The notes beneath the pieces are model-generated. The model worked only from the letters and a program-made list of their open reading frames with translations, searched no databases and was not told where the DNA came from. The translations under genes were made by a program, and so were the position numbers. A stretch of 63,993 bases of DNA, the filler included, from Octopus bimaculoides (taxonomy: Eukaryota), in assembly GCF_001194135.2 (NCBI RefSeq). It is 12 parts of 12 records of this genome, joined end to end, with 100 filler letters (N's around TTAATTAATTAA, not from the genome) between each part and the next. Parts side by side here need not be neighbours in the genome. Positions count along the whole stretch, not along the records: positions 25,272 to 35,501 come from NC_068989.1; positions 35,602 to 41,156 come from NC_068985.1; 10 more parts are not named here. One strand, given 5' to 3'. Below, piece after piece: positions 25,454 to 39,915 of the stretch (position 1 is the first letter of the stretch; each line of letters opens with the position of its first letter).

Positions 25454-25844
25454 CATAAAAATCTATGCATGTGCATGCGTATATGTTTGTGAAGTTGCTA
25501 TTTGTGAATCCAGGTGTCCAGTCAGCTTAATGAGCAATTCATTGATTTAGCGTACAAAGTGGTTGAATATTCCATAGACCTATGTACTCCTAATGTAATT
25601 TGTAATGAGAATCACTATAACAGAGTGTCATGGATGCTAGGCATATCTCTTACTGGTGCTGTTCATCTGATAGACTTGAACAGTTTCTCTCTCCTCCTTG
25701 TCTTTCTTAAGGCTGAAGTTTACCTAAAGCTATGATGCCAATCAGTGGGACTGAACCGAGGAATTTATTCTGGGTTGTAAAGCAAGTGTCCTAACCATTT
25801 GACCATGTAAATATGTATGTGTGTAAGTACCTGTGTAGGCACAG

Positions 25845-26215
25845 GTGTGGCTGTGTGGTAAGAAACTTGCTTCCCAATCACATGGCTCTGGGTTTACTGT
25901 GTGACACCTTGGGCAGGTATCCTTTGCTACATCCTCAGGCTGACCAAAGATTTGGTAGTTGGAAACTGAATGAAGCCTGTCATATGTACGTATGTGTGTG
26001 TGTTTTTGTGTCTGTGTTTGTCCCCCACCTCTGTTTGACAACTGGTCTTGGTGTGTTTACATCTCTGTAACTTAGCAGTTTGGCAAAATAGACCAATAGA
26101 ATAAGTACTAGGCTTTAAAAAAATAAGTCCTGGGGTCAATACATATGACCAAAATTCGTCGAGGCAGTGCTCCAGCTTGGCCGCAGTCTAATGACTGGAA
26201 CAAGCAAAAGCTAAA
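25845..26215 (+). mobile_element. tRNA-derived SINE, near full length
   Basis: Head gtggctgtgtggtaagaaacttgcttccc through tail gcagtctaatgactggaacaagcaaaag; further copies at 26220-26400 (+) and 26548-26680 (-). Confidence 0.85.
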
Positions 26216-26698
26216 AAATGTAGGCATGTGTATCTCGGTGTGGCTGAATGGTAAGAAGTTTGCTTCCCAATCATGTGGCTTTAGGTTCAATCCCACTTTG
26301 TGGCACATGTCTTCTATTCAAGCCCTTGGCTGGCCAAAGCCTTTTGAGTGGATTTGGCTGGAGGAAACTGCAGGAAGCTTGTTATATATGCATAGGTGTG
26401 TGTGCTCTGACATTGCCTTGTCATTGGAAGCCAGTGTCATCATTTGCAGTCTTTCGAAACATGTCATGGGGGAAGAAACACACACATAGATATACATGTA
26501 TGTATGTGTGTATATATATGTATGTGCATGTATGTATGTATGTATGTTTGTTGGGCTTCTTTCATCTGCCAAATTCACTCACAAGGTATTGGTTGGCCTG
26601 AGGGTATAGTAGAAAACACTTGCCTAAGGTGCCATGTGGTTGGGAAGTAAGCTTCTTACCACACGGTCATGCCTGTGCCTATTATATCTGTCTATCTG

Positions 26699-26774
<76 letters not shown>

Positions 26775-27264
26775 TATATTTGTAACTAGTGGACAGATTT
26801 ATTGTTATGAGCAAGCTCACAGGAATGTGTGTGTGTGTGTGTGATGTGCTGTTTCGCATCACAAACATGTGGCCATTGACATGCACAGACATAGATATGG
26901 CTATGTTAAACTGGCAGCTGAAGTAGTGACCTCTCAAATTATAGTGATTAATACTTTGATATATTCATTTAAAAACAATGAAGGTTATTCATTTACTGTT
27001 GGACCTCAATTCAGTGGGTTTCAGTTTCAATTCTAGCACCAGGCTTATTCGTTTTCATTTATTTTAATTTTATTGCCATTTCTTAATAATGCCATTATTG
27101 ATCATCAAAGGTTCCAAACTGACCAATCACTGGTGCAGCTCTTTTTATGATGCCAAGATCTATAATGAATGTCTGGAAGTTTTGGTGCAGAACAGCTATT
27201 TTCAGTTGCTTTGTTTGAAAAACACCAGTTTTTCTGTCCTCTTGTTGATGAATACATCTGATAC

Positions 27265-27324
<60 letters not shown>

Positions 27325-29504
27325 CTTGGAGATGGACGGGCTCCCTTAGGTTTAAGTACTCCATACTCCCTATATGCTATCAGGACACTTCTACCCCTTC
27401 ATCAAGTGTTGAGGACCCAAGGCAAAGATAATGGGTAGCTTCTTCTATTTTCCCTGGACATAACTCTATCAAAGTACATGGCTTAGTGGTAAAGATGTTT
27501 AAATTATAATCATAAGGGTGTGGTTTCAACTCCTGCACTGGTAGAGTGCCCCTGAGCTATGTTCTTCATTTCAAGATGCTCTGTTGTACTCAGCTTTAAA
27601 TTACAATAAACCAGGTGTTTTTGTAGTTTTCTCTCCCCCTCCCTCTCTCTGTCTTCCTCCCTCTCTCCCCTCCCCCGTCCTCCCCCTTCCCCCTCTCCTC
27701 CTTCTCTCTTTCCAGCTGTTGCATCTTAGATATGTTCCTGGGTCAAGGCTAAGGGAGTTGAGAGATAGTCAATGTCTGTTTATGACTACATAGGAACCAT
27801 AGACAATTAGCCAGAACATTGTACATGTTGCCAAGCCATACAATACTCGCAAGTGATGGCTGGCTCTGTTTTTCAATTACACAACACTCTTAGCATGCTT
27901 TTAGATTAGTTTTCAAATAAACACAATATTTGTGTTTGTAATAAACTGCTAATTTGTTATAAATAAAGACAGACTGAATAAGTTTTTCAGGATTAGTGTA
28001 CGATCGTAAATAAAATGTTTACAAAAAGCTTATACAACATTCATTTGTGTTTGTGTGAAAAATAATTATGCCTTTAAGCCCTGGTGACTGATATTCTACT
28101 AAATAATATTGTCTGTCATCTCTTAAATATTTTGTAGGTGGACAGCTTGAACAGTTCCGTTAATGTTTTGCTGTCATAGTTTTAACCAAGAGAGTAAAAG
28201 CTAAACTTGTTTTTGAAATATCGTGTTGCAGACCACCAATCATTAATCTCGTAAAACACATCTTGTAATATATCTTTTTGATTTCTCTTCTGCAACACAT
28301 GAGAGGATTTATTTGAATCATATTGAAGGAGCAGGGGGACTAAAATATCTATTGAATTGTTATTTAAAGGATACAAAGAAGTCTTATATTTTAAAAATTA
28401 ATTGCACATGAAAACAACTTCATTACTGTGTTTTTAATAAACGAACGCAAACAGACACACACACACACACACACACACTCTTTCTATCTCTCTCTCTCTC
28501 TCTCTAGCATGACTATTTAATTAAGAAGTGTCCTTCCTAACCATATGGTTTTGGGTTCAGTCCCACTGCGTGGTACCGTGGGCAAGTGTTACCCTAGGCC
28601 GGACAAAGCCTTCTCAGTGGATTCGGTTGAGAGACACTGAAAGCAGTCGGTCATATGTTTGCGTTTGTTTTCATTTCCTTTTCCTAACATCACGTGGTAA
28701 TTTTAAACAAACCCCTTCATTCTGTCCCCCTGCACAGCACCTTCAGCTTATGTCTTCTACTTATAGCTCCAGACCAACAAAGGACTCGTTACAGGACCCC
28801 TAATACTGAAGCGCCTGGTGGTTGGGCTTAAACTGATGAGTTATTTCTATCAGCCAAGTAGGGCATGGCTGGATTTGAACTTGGAATGCAAAAGACCAGA
28901 GCAAATACTGCAAGGTTCTTGCAAGTCTGCCAATCTACCATCTCGGATTGGTACTTTTTGTATAAGCATGGTCAGTTTGGAACTCCGCTTCAGTGATGGC
29001 ATTTGTTAACAAATTGCAATAAATAAAATAATTCTGAAAAAAATAAGCCTTTTGCTGGAATTGAAACTAAAACCCAGTGAATTGAGGCCCAACAGTAATG
29101 AATAACCTTTATAAGCTTTAAAAGCTAAGATGGTCTAGGCTGGATTTGAAACCAGAGTCCAGAAATTCAGAACAAGTATTCTGAAGCATTCTGACACTTT
29201 AACAACTCTGCTGGTTCACCATTATTTGCATGCAAGAATTTTTCGAAAATTTGGGAGTCTTTGTCTCTTATCTTTCAAATTTGTTAGTTTCTTTCCAATA
29301 AGAATGATGTTCTATGCAATATGTATTATAGAGTTTCTCCTCTTTTCTTTCTCTTTTTTTTGTGCTTATTTCCTTTGTTTGCTTCCAGTCTGTTTCTAAA
29401 AGTTCACATACAATGGCCCACCACTTTATCAAAAGTCTTCTGTCTATATTGCCTATCCCCCACTTTTGGTATGTACTTCACAGATTTGCTTGTCTGAATA
29501 CATC

Positions 29505-29886
29505 TATCTTCTGTTGTTAATGCCTGTGCGGGTGGCACATGAGATGCACCATTTTGAGCGTGGCCGTTGCCAGTACCGCCTGACTGGCTCCTGTAGGATT
29601 TTCGAGCGAGATCGTTGCCAGTGCCCCTGGACTGGCTTGTGCGGGTGGCACATAAAAGACACCATTTCGAGCGTGGCCGTTTTCGTGCGGGTGACACGTA
29701 AAAGCACCCACTACACTCTCTGAGTGGTTGGCGTTAGGAAGGGCATCCAGCTGTAGAAACTCTGCCAAATCAGACTGGAGCCTGGTGTTGCCATCCGGTT
29801 TTCACCAGTCCTCAGTCAAATCGTCCAACCCATGCTAGCATGGAAAGCGGACGTTAAACGATGATGATGATGATGATGATGATGAT
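29505..29886 (+). mobile_element. Young RTE 3' end with tandem cgggtggcac-aaaag-cacc modules and (GAT)n tail
   Basis: CpGs retained, three repeated modules, then the conserved tail. Confidence 0.85.
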
Positions 29887-30889
29887 AATAATAATAATGA
29901 TAATAATAATAACTGTACTTGTTGTGATCAACGTCACCCCCGTCTCTATGTTGTTTAAGGCATCATTACTATGATTATGTTAATACATACGAACACATGT
30001 CGGTGCTGTTAACCACAACCGTGTTTAGTTCAACCCTATTAACGCCAATACAGATGTCCATTACATAATGTTGGTTCTGAACTGTGAACAGATTTAACGA
30101 CGGTTTATGTAGGTGAGCATTAGAAATAATTGAAACAGTGATTTTATGGCTGCATGCCAACTACTTCATCAAGAAAATGCTAACAATATTGAAATAAAAG
30201 CATGGAATTGTGATAACAGAAATGTTTTCAAATACTTACTTGAACTACAAAGAGCATGTTTTAAATGAAACCTGAATTTGTCCAACTGGGCAGTTAAGCT
30301 GGTTCTTTAATGTCATTATGATGTCCCATTCTGTTTTAATGCTTGTAATATGAAAGATGGAATGGGACAAGTCCATTTTGTGGAACCAATTAACATCACT
30401 TTTAACAATAAAGAAAGAAATCTATTTATTTATGAAGATTGTAGAATAAACTTTTTTGAAACATTAGAATCCCAGAGAAGCCAAATAGAGTGCCATGAAT
30501 CATCAGAAAGTTCACAAGAAGTCACTGGCTTTGAAACTGGAGAGTAAGGTGTATGATGTGGATCGGAAGCTTGCCTCTCAACAATGTGCTTTCAGGTTCA
30601 GTTCCACTGCACATTACCTGTGCTAAATGCTTCTTCTATTTCCCAGATCTGACCAAAGCCTTGTGAGTAGATTTGATAGACAGAAACTGGAGAAGATTTG
30701 TGTGTGTGTGTGTGTCTATGTATGCATATATTTATGTGTGTTCTTTTTGTTAACATTGTATGATGATTGTAAACAAGCATCACCGTCATGCAAGCAGTGT
30801 TGTTAATTTCTAGTCAGCAGTGAAAAAGATGTCTGACCATGGGGACATATTACTTGGCTTGGAAACAAGTGAGGGTTGTTGACTGGAAG

Positions 30890-31400
30890 AGCATCTGGCT
30901 GTAGAAAACCAACCACACCAAATTCCTTCTGTTTCTCCCCCATCAGTGATGGAATCTGTTTTCTGTACATCTTCAGTGTTTATTGCCCCAGTGCAACTGC
31001 CAAACACAAAAACTATTTTCCCGGTTAGCTTTCCTTTGATATTATTGCACCTTTTATGTGTCCATAGCTTACACTGGGTACATCGTATGGAATTTCTACC
31101 CACACCTTTTCTACAGATCAAGCAGGGCCATCTACCTGAAGGGGCTGTGATTTGACAGCCTTCCTACTTACTAAGACTTTGGTTTTTGCCGGATTAATCC
31201 TAAAGCCCTTCGATTCTAGACCTTGCTTCCACACCCTAAACTTTGTCTCCAGTTCTGGCAATGAGTCAGCTATTAGAGCAAGGTCATCAGCATAGAGGAG
31301 CTCCCAGGGGCAGCCCGTCTTGAATTGCTGTTATTGCTTGGGGGACTATAATCAATAAGAGGGGGCTGAGGACCATTCCTTGGTGAATGCCTACTTCTAC
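30890..31400 (-). mobile_element. RTE RT fragment with PHD-like finger
   Basis: LLYADDLAL...ESKGFRINPAKTKVL...ICRKGVGRNSIRCTQCKLWTHKRCNNIKGKLTGK. Confidence 0.85.
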
Positions 31401-32412
31401 TCAGAATTCTTCACTGTACTCATTGCCGTAAAGTACCGGCCAAGTACTGGGGTCAGTGGAATCGATTCTCTAAATTTTTCATCTTCAGCCATCATTAGAA
31501 AGAATTATTATTATTATTATTATTATTATTGCCTTTGCACAGCAAAGTGTTCTACTGGGAACACTATTCCAATCTCCTCTATATTCTTATTAAATGGCAC
31601 AGTCTTTGATTATATATCTAGAACCTGGTCACTGATATTCCATTAACTCATTGCAGTGGTTCTATCCCCACTCCCCAATTCCAAACTGTAGGACTTGTCA
31701 AATAAACAGACGTCTAGAATAACTAATTAATTACTTTGTGTTTGTGTATACCTGTGTAAAATGGTGTATCTAATTGCATTCATTTTGGTCACAAAAAGAT
31801 AACTTTGTCATCAATAAATAGCAATCAATAACATAAGTACCAGATTCTGTTCAATATGACAGAAGTAAGTACATTAAAGGCAGTGCTCCAGTGTGGCCAC
31901 AGTATTGTGACAAAAATAAATTAAAGAGTTTAAAATTTTGTAGATTTTGCTGGCTGGTTGTTAAAACACAGTCTCAAGTTCCATTTCCATTTTGATGCCT
32001 GTAACAGAACCAAATTGGAATTTTTCTTTTTTGTTTTGTTTTGTTTGTTTTTGTTTCTAGTGGTTTTCAGCTTGATTTCTTCTCATGATTGGAATTTTGT
32101 GAAGCAAGCAAAAGCATCACTTTTAACAATAACTATTTATTTACCAAAGTTGTTGTCTTCATCACATTAAAAACATTCTCTCATGTAGTTTTATGATATT
32201 CTTCCATTCTTTGATTCCAATAGACTCTTTTCAACAAATCTCTGAAGACAAACAGAAAATACATTTGGACATGTTCAGTATTTCTTTTTAATTCTATTTA
32301 CATTCATCCAAACAGATTTCTTTTTTTTTTTGTCTTATTTCGAATGTACCTTCTAATGTCGTGACGTAATTATTGATGTTTATTTTTCATATTTGATTAT
32401 TTTTATTTTTAG

Positions 32413-32490
32413 GTTCTCACTTTAAATGGTGTTGACAATTGTGCTGTCTTGATTCATGAAAATCTTCATTTTGGATTTGGAAGTAACGAG
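32413..32490 (+). CDS. Candidate isolated internal exon (VLTLNGVDNCAVLIHENLHFGFGSNE), family not recognised
   Basis: Strong acceptor tttttatttttag, donor GAG|gtaaat, 78 nt, open only in phase 0. Confidence 0.5.
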
Positions 32491-33536
32491 GTAAATTTAC
32501 ATTTTCACATTTATTTACGATTTTCTTTTTCATTTTTTCTATTTTTTATTGATTTATTTGTTTTAAATTCTAAGCAGGAATTTGTGTTTCAGTTTATATG
32601 TATTCCTAACACAGCTGAGATTTGTATTTCAATCGTTATCAGCTTTCTGTGGAAATTGCCCAATTAATAACACACACATACATATATATTTAACATATAT
32701 ATTTATAAAGATAGATAGATACACACATGCATATATATATACACATATATGCATGCAAACATACACTCACACACAAACACACACACACACACACACAACA
32801 CATGTATAAATGTCCATGCCAACTCACACATGTGTGTAATTGGGAAACAAGCATTAAACAGCAACAACACCAATGTTACAATACTTTTGCTGAAGCCAAC
32901 AAAACCAACATTAAAAATAACAAACTGTTTAGATTCCTATGGAGAAATTTCCTGTTTAGCTTCCACTGAAAAGCTGCCATTACACAGCATAGAAACAATT
33001 TTGACACTGATGTAAGTTGCTAATTGGGAAAAACTATTTTATATTTCTTTCATTTGAGAAATAAATGACTCAATAAAGAAAAAAAATATACAAAAGATAA
33101 ATATAATTAAATTAAAAGAGGAAAAATTGAAGTGTTAAGGTTAGGTGGAATATGTACAGAAATGGCATGTTTCTATGAGTTTTGATTAAAATCTTGTTTA
33201 AATTACTTAATTTACTTAAGTACAGTTTAGTTTCATGTCTAGTAGTCTTTCTATCATATATTTCAGCTGTGATATGAAAATAAGTGATGAGGAAAAGACT
33301 AAAACCTATTAGAAACTAATTCTATATTAATCTATTTTATAAGTTGTTTGTCTCATAAGGAATTGCTGACAGTCAGAGTTGCATTGGAGTGGATTGGTCT
33401 TGATTAGTTCCTTGAAATGACACAAGTTTTGTCAACTTTCAGAATTTTAAAATCCATTTAGTACAAATGACATGTGGTGGCATCCACTTTTGTTGTGGTT
33501 TTCAAATTTCTTGGAAGATGTGGAGTGACTTTAATA

Positions 33537-33575
<39 letters not shown>

Positions 33576-35601
33576 TAGATAGATAGACAGACAGACAGAT
33601 AAAACTTACTTGGAAATGGATGCTTGGTGTTCGATCATATAATAATATAAATAATATATAAGTATATGCATATATATATATATAAAAGGTAAATATGTTT
33701 TACAATGTCTGTTATTTTGTTCTGTAATTCCCCCTCATACCTTCCTCGTTAATTAACCACTGGCCTATAATCTTGTGCTTCATTAATACTATTAATTTAT
33801 TCCAAGTGCCGCCTCATCCCAGATTTTATTTCCTGAACTTCATTTCACCTTATTTTACCTTATCTTATTCACCTTATGGTTTCAATTACTTTATATTTAG
33901 TTATTTATCCACATTCTTTCAGCTCATTGTTTTCTCTTTCAATTTATGTCATTTCAAACCTAATAAATATATCAGGTGGTGCTATTAAGTTAGACATTGC
34001 CTGGACCAATCTTTGGTTGAAACATATCTAAGTTTATCTAATTTTATGTCAACTCATAAAGGCAGTAAATGCAGTTGCGTAACTTAGTCAGAATCAGTAT
34101 CAATACATGAATATTGTCTCCCTAGATCTCTTTTATGTGTAGTAAGTTCTAGACTTTCAGACAATTGGTTATGATTATAATCCCTTTTAGATAATTAATT
34201 AGTTATTAATCTACTATTAGTTTGTTTTTGTGTGTGTGTGTGTCTGTATACATGTGTAAAATGGTTGTATCTGTGTATGTGTGTATGTGTGTGTGTGTGT
34301 GTGAACACCACTGTGTATAAATGTGTATGTGCTAATACACATATATGTGTTTGCTAATATGCTTTTTACAGTATGTGTGTAGTTGATACCATATCAACAT
34401 TGTTCAAAATACACTGCCATCCCTGAAAACCAGCAGAGCATGAAATTCCAACTACTCACCTGCTCTTTCTATCTCTGATCTTTCTATCTCTGATCTTTCT
34501 TTTAAACCTTATTTTGTTTACATTTTATGTCTGTCCCTTACTACTTTTCATTTTTTGCTTTTTTATCTATTCATTCTATTCTTCCCTTTACTTCATACTA
34601 AACTGGTCAACCAATATCTCTTTGGAAATTACTTCTATCTTAGTCTCCATATCTTCCTTTGACAAACTTTTTTTTTTTTCTTCAGTTTTAATTTTGGTTG
34701 TATTTATCTGCTGTTTCTTCCTCTGAATTGTTCTTTGACTATTGACCCCTTCCTTCAAGTTTCACCATAATTGGCAATATGCTGAGTACATCTATTGCCT
34801 GTGAGAGTCAGCTTCTTCTTTGTAGTAGAGTTGACATTTGTAACTACAATGAGTTGTTCTAAGGATTAAACTGTTGGTTTCCATATCAGCCCCACATATG
34901 CATATTTGTATATGTTTATCTATAAAAATATATTTTATGTATATTAATACTGATGTAACATCTATTCTGTAAACAACAAGATTATGTCCTGTCTCTAAAT
35001 CTCAGGATTTCTTTAGTTCTATTCTCACTACAAATGTGCCAAATCTCAAGTGACGCTTGTACTTTTGGATTTAACAAGGTCTGAAAACACTGTGAAATTG
35101 TCTATTTTGTTACATGTAAACAAAATAGGCTTTACATAAATATTTTTAAAATTAGCAAAAAAAAAAATGTGTTCTTTCCAAGAACCTGAAAAAATAGGCA
35201 ACTGCTATACCATGGTCACTATTAATTTGTGTAATTTGAAGACAATTATCACCTTCGTTTCAAACATATGACATCACAAATATGGCTAATTATTCATTTA
35301 GACCAGTTAGGCAATATCTTGACCAATTTGCTGATCATTTAGATTATCATATTTCCTAAAATATTCATCCAAATTTCACAAATGAGGTATCAAAATGTTT
35401 CTTTCTGGATGCTCTCCAAGAAAAAGTACAGTAGAAATTACATTTAGATATTTTCAAAAATTCATAGTCATACACAGTTATATATATATATATATATATA
35501 TNNNNNNNNNNNNNNNNNNNNNNNNNNNNNNNNNNNNNNNNNNNNTTAATTAATTAANNNNNNNNNNNNNNNNNNNNNNNNNNNNNNNNNNNNNNNNNNN
35601 N

Positions 35602-36240
35602 CAGATCATCACAGATCCTCCTCCATGTTTAACAGTTGGAAGAAGGCAGTCTGGGTCAAATGCTTCTTTTGGCTGTCTCCACAGGTATACTCGGCCGGTG
35701 GACGGAAATAAGGTAACGGATGACTCGTGCGAGAAAATGACATCCCTTCACTGCTCTAGGGACCAATTCTGTAGGTTTTTACTCAACTGAACACTTCGCA
35801 ACATTTGTCTTTGAAAGTAGTGGTTTTTTGATTGCAGCCCTCCCGTGAAATCCAACTTTGTGCAGCTCCCGGCGAACAGTTTTGTGGAAACTCTGCAGTA
35901 ATTTTGGGAGCTGTACTTTTGTGGTCCTTTCTAACAATTCGCGTAAGAGTCCGACAGTCCCTATCTGAAAATTTTGATTTTCTTCTGGAATTTTGTTTCG
36001 ACGAGGAGGTTTTTCCCTCTTTCTCAAAGCCTATCATTACTTTCGAGACAGTACTTCTTGATACACCAAACATTTCGGCTGTTTTCGTTATGCTAGCGCC
36101 TGCCATACGGGCACCAACAATTTGACCTCTTTGAAAGTCCGATAGATCTGTCATTTTAATGAATTTTAATTATCTTTTTCTGATGATATCTTAAAAGAAT
36201 TAATAATTTTAGCAAAACATATTAAGCAACACTAATAATA
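35602..36240 (-). mobile_element. Tc1-family transposase remnant (paired-like HTH and start of DDE domain)
   Basis: MTDLSDFQRGQIVGARMAGASITKTAEMFGVSRSTVSKV...; after a frameshift VIFSHESS...RVYLWRQPKEAFDPDCLLPTVKHGGGSVMI. Confidence 0.92.
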
Positions 36241-37004
36241 NNNNNNNNNNNNNNNNNNNNNNNNNNNNNNNNNNNNNNNNNNNNNNNNNNNNNNNNNNNN
36301 NNNNNNNNNNNNNNNNNNNNNNNNNNNNNNNNNNNNNNNNNNNNNNNNNNNNNNNNNNNNNNNNNNNNNNNNNNNNNNNNNNNNNNNNNNNNNNNNNNNN
36401 NNNNNNNNNNNNNNNNNNNNNNNNNNNNNNNNNNNNNNNNNNNNNNNNNNNNNNNNNNNNNNNNNNNNNNNNNNNNNNNNNNNNNNNNNNNNNNNNNNNN
36501 NNNNNNNNNNNNNNNNNNNNNNNNNNNNNNNNNNNNNNNNNNNNNNNNNNNNNNNNNNNNNNNNNNNNNNATATATATATATATATATATATACGTATAT
36601 ATATAGAGGGAATGTAAGAAACAGCACAGCAACATGAACAACTGTTTCGAATTCTTCGATAAAATGTAGAAATGGCTGCCCATTTTCAAGCCATGCTGGG
36701 TTCATTAGGTAGAGAACTTTCAGAAATACTCATCAAAACATTCCTCATTCTCGCTTATTTCCGGTGTCAAGTGTGAGTCAGTGCTCCACCTTCAATAGTA
36801 ATAATAATAATAATAATGAACTGATAAGTAATTAGCGCCACTAATTCCTCATTTCTTCGCAAGTCAATTGTTGTACGCATTTCTATAATTGCATACCAAC
36901 AAATATGATTTTGGTGCAAAAGATGAAAGACGCCCACATCGCTAGAAAAGCGTTGCAGGTGCTGATGAAGAAGATTCACGGTGGAAATATTTCTCTATTA
37001 CTTG

Positions 37005-37330
37005 TCTAACTGGTGCTCCGTCGGGTACGACGACGAGGGTTTCAGTTGATCCGATCAACGGAAAATCCTGCTCGTGAATTTGAAGTCCGAGTGGCTGAGT
37101 ACTCTACAAACACGCGTGCTCTTAATGTTGTTCTCAAGGAGATTCAGCGTGACACAGAATGTGACAAAGTCGGCCCTTTCAAATACAGGCACTTCTCTAT
37201 TTTGGCAGCTGAGTAGACAGGAGCAACGTGAAATAAAGTGAGTTGCTCAAGGACACAACGCATCGCCGAGAATTGAACTCACGATCTTACTATCGTGAGC
37301 CAAATACTCTAACCAGTATGCCACGCGCCT
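37005..37330 (-). mobile_element. tRNA-derived SINE related to the second family
   Basis: tRNA-like head rc at 37240-37330; gtgtccttgagcaa core; 3' part shared with 16478-16851. Confidence 0.75.
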
Positions 37331-37589
37331 GTACTATTACTTGTTTAAAACATGTCTGCATGCTATGTGTATTTTACGTGTATGACGACGACAACGATAA
37401 TAACGACGTCGATGATGATAGTGATGATGGCGATGATAATGATGATTTCGGGATGAACATTATTATTGTGAAGAAAGAAGTGCACCTCGACATCATTTCT
37501 AGCGTTATGTTACAGACCTGTTAGATACTATTCTAAACATAGGAATTCCCCCTGTGAGGAGACCGGAATATACCTGGCAACTTTAGATA

Positions 37590-38200
37590 GACCATAACAT
37601 AACATTAGACTATAACGCAACACTAGATTGACCATGACGTAACATTAGATAGACTATAGTGTAATGTTAGATAGACTATAACGTAACATTCGATAGACTA
37701 TAGCATAACATTAGATAGACTATAGTATAACATTAGATAGACTATAATGTAATAGATTATAATGTAACATTGGGTAGACTATAACGTAATAATAGATAGA
37801 CTATAGCGTAACATTAGATAGACTATAATGTAACAGATTATAACGTAACATTGGGTAAACTATAACGTAATATTAGATAGACTATGGCGTAACATTAGAT
37901 AGACTATAGTGTAACATTAGATAGACTATAGTGTAACATTAGATAGACTATAGTGTAACATTAGATAGACTATAATGTAACAGATTATAACGTAACAATG
38001 GGTAGACTATAACGTAATATTAGATAGACTATAGCGTGACATTAGATAGATTATAGTGTAACATTAGATAGATTATAACATAACTTTGGATAGACTATAG
38101 CGTAATATTAGATAGATCATAACATAACATTAGATAGACTATAGCGTAACATTAGATATATTATAACGCAACATTGGATAAATATGACGTAAAATTAAAT
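37590..38200. repeat. 22-bp minisatellite (AACATTAGATAGACTATAGTGT) with an 81-bp higher-order unit
   Basis: Tandem units read directly; tgggta variant at 37771 and 37852, third at ~37999. Confidence 0.95.
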
Positions 38201-38219
38201 TGACTATAACGTTTTATAT

Positions 38220-38275
<56 letters not shown>

Positions 38276-39587
38276 ACATACATACTAATAGTTGCACTCA
38301 TGAATATGTATGCGGTGAAGATGTTCATTTCGCAACCACATGGTTTGGAGTTCAGTCCCTTTCGGCATATGCTTTCCACTATAGCTCTTGGCTGACGAAT
38401 GCCTTATAAGTGAATTTGATGGTTACACCATTGACTCTTGGCAGGTTTTGGGAAGCGTTCAAGGCCAGAGAATAAACGCACCGGAAGAGATAGAAAGTGA
38501 CTATTGTTGTTGCCGTGGCTGTGGTTTTTGTTGCTGATGCTATCGTTTAAAATTCCCCTTAAGGTAGCGAACTACTGGTATCATTAAAACACGAGAAAAA
38601 AATGCCGTGCAGTATTTATCCCGGCTCTTTACGTCCGGCGTTCAAATCTCACTGATGTCAGCTTTGCCTTATATTCTTCCAGGGTTGATACACAAAATGC
38701 TAGTGACGTACTGGAGTTTATGGTATCGACTTAGACACTCTCCTCAAAGCTGCTAGCCTTACACCTAAGTTAGAAGCAGTTTTTATTTAATTCCTTATCA
38801 GTCTTAAAAATGTCTGCCGAAAATCCAAGACGTGCCATTCATGTGCTTACTGTATTGCTTTCTAAAAATAGCATATATAGAACTATATAACCTAACGTTG
38901 TGGCACATATTTGAAAGAGCTTTGGTTGCTATTTCTAGAACTTTGGGGTGGTCCTTTGGATACTCTCATTTAATCGTTAGCAGGTGTCTGGGGTAGGGTA
39001 GCTAAAGCAAGCAATTAGTCACCGTCATTCATAATTAACAACATTCCTACACACCTTAATTATTAATTTGAAATTCCTTGGATCCCTTCCAATTTTTGAT
39101 ACCCGTAATAAACAATATTTTTTCAGGCATGTAGGAAAAAATAAAGGGGTGGATTTAATAAGCAGGGCCACATGTGTATTGCGATGACACATTGATGATA
39201 AATGAATTACGGAAACGCATACACATGTATGTACGCGTCCCTCCCCCCATATACATACATATATATATATACACATATAAACACGTATACATACACACTT
39301 AACTGATGTATAGCTACAAAAGTATGATCAGCAGAGGTATTAAGATGTTCTATGAGACAATTGTGGTGTATATACATACATAAATGCATGCATTCTTGTA
39401 TATGTATATGTGTGCGTGCGTACATGTGTGTGTATGTGTGTGTGAATGTGTGCGTGTGTGTTTGTGTCTGTGCGTGTTTGTGTTTGTGTGTACGTGTGTG
39501 TTTGGGTGTACACGTACAAAGGAAGCCGATCGTGAATTACACATATGCGCACCTGCATACCCACACACTCATGTATAGCACGCACGC

Positions 39588-39654
<67 letters not shown>

Positions 39655-39754
39655 TAATTATCTATCTATCTTTCTATCTACATATATGAAGCGAAAGCCG
39701 CTCATTGTAATCAGGTTCGTGTCAAATCGCGATACTCTCTCTCTCACTCACTCA

Positions 39755-39829
<75 letters not shown>

Positions 39830-39915
39830 GAGAGAGAGAGAGAGCGAGAGAGAGTGTGTGAGAAAGAGAGAGTGAGATAGAGAGAAAGGGAGAGAACATC
39901 GTGATTCGACATATA

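Noticed and set aside
36961-36995. CTGATGA...GAAA possible hammerhead
   Set aside because: No stem II pairing or stem I partner
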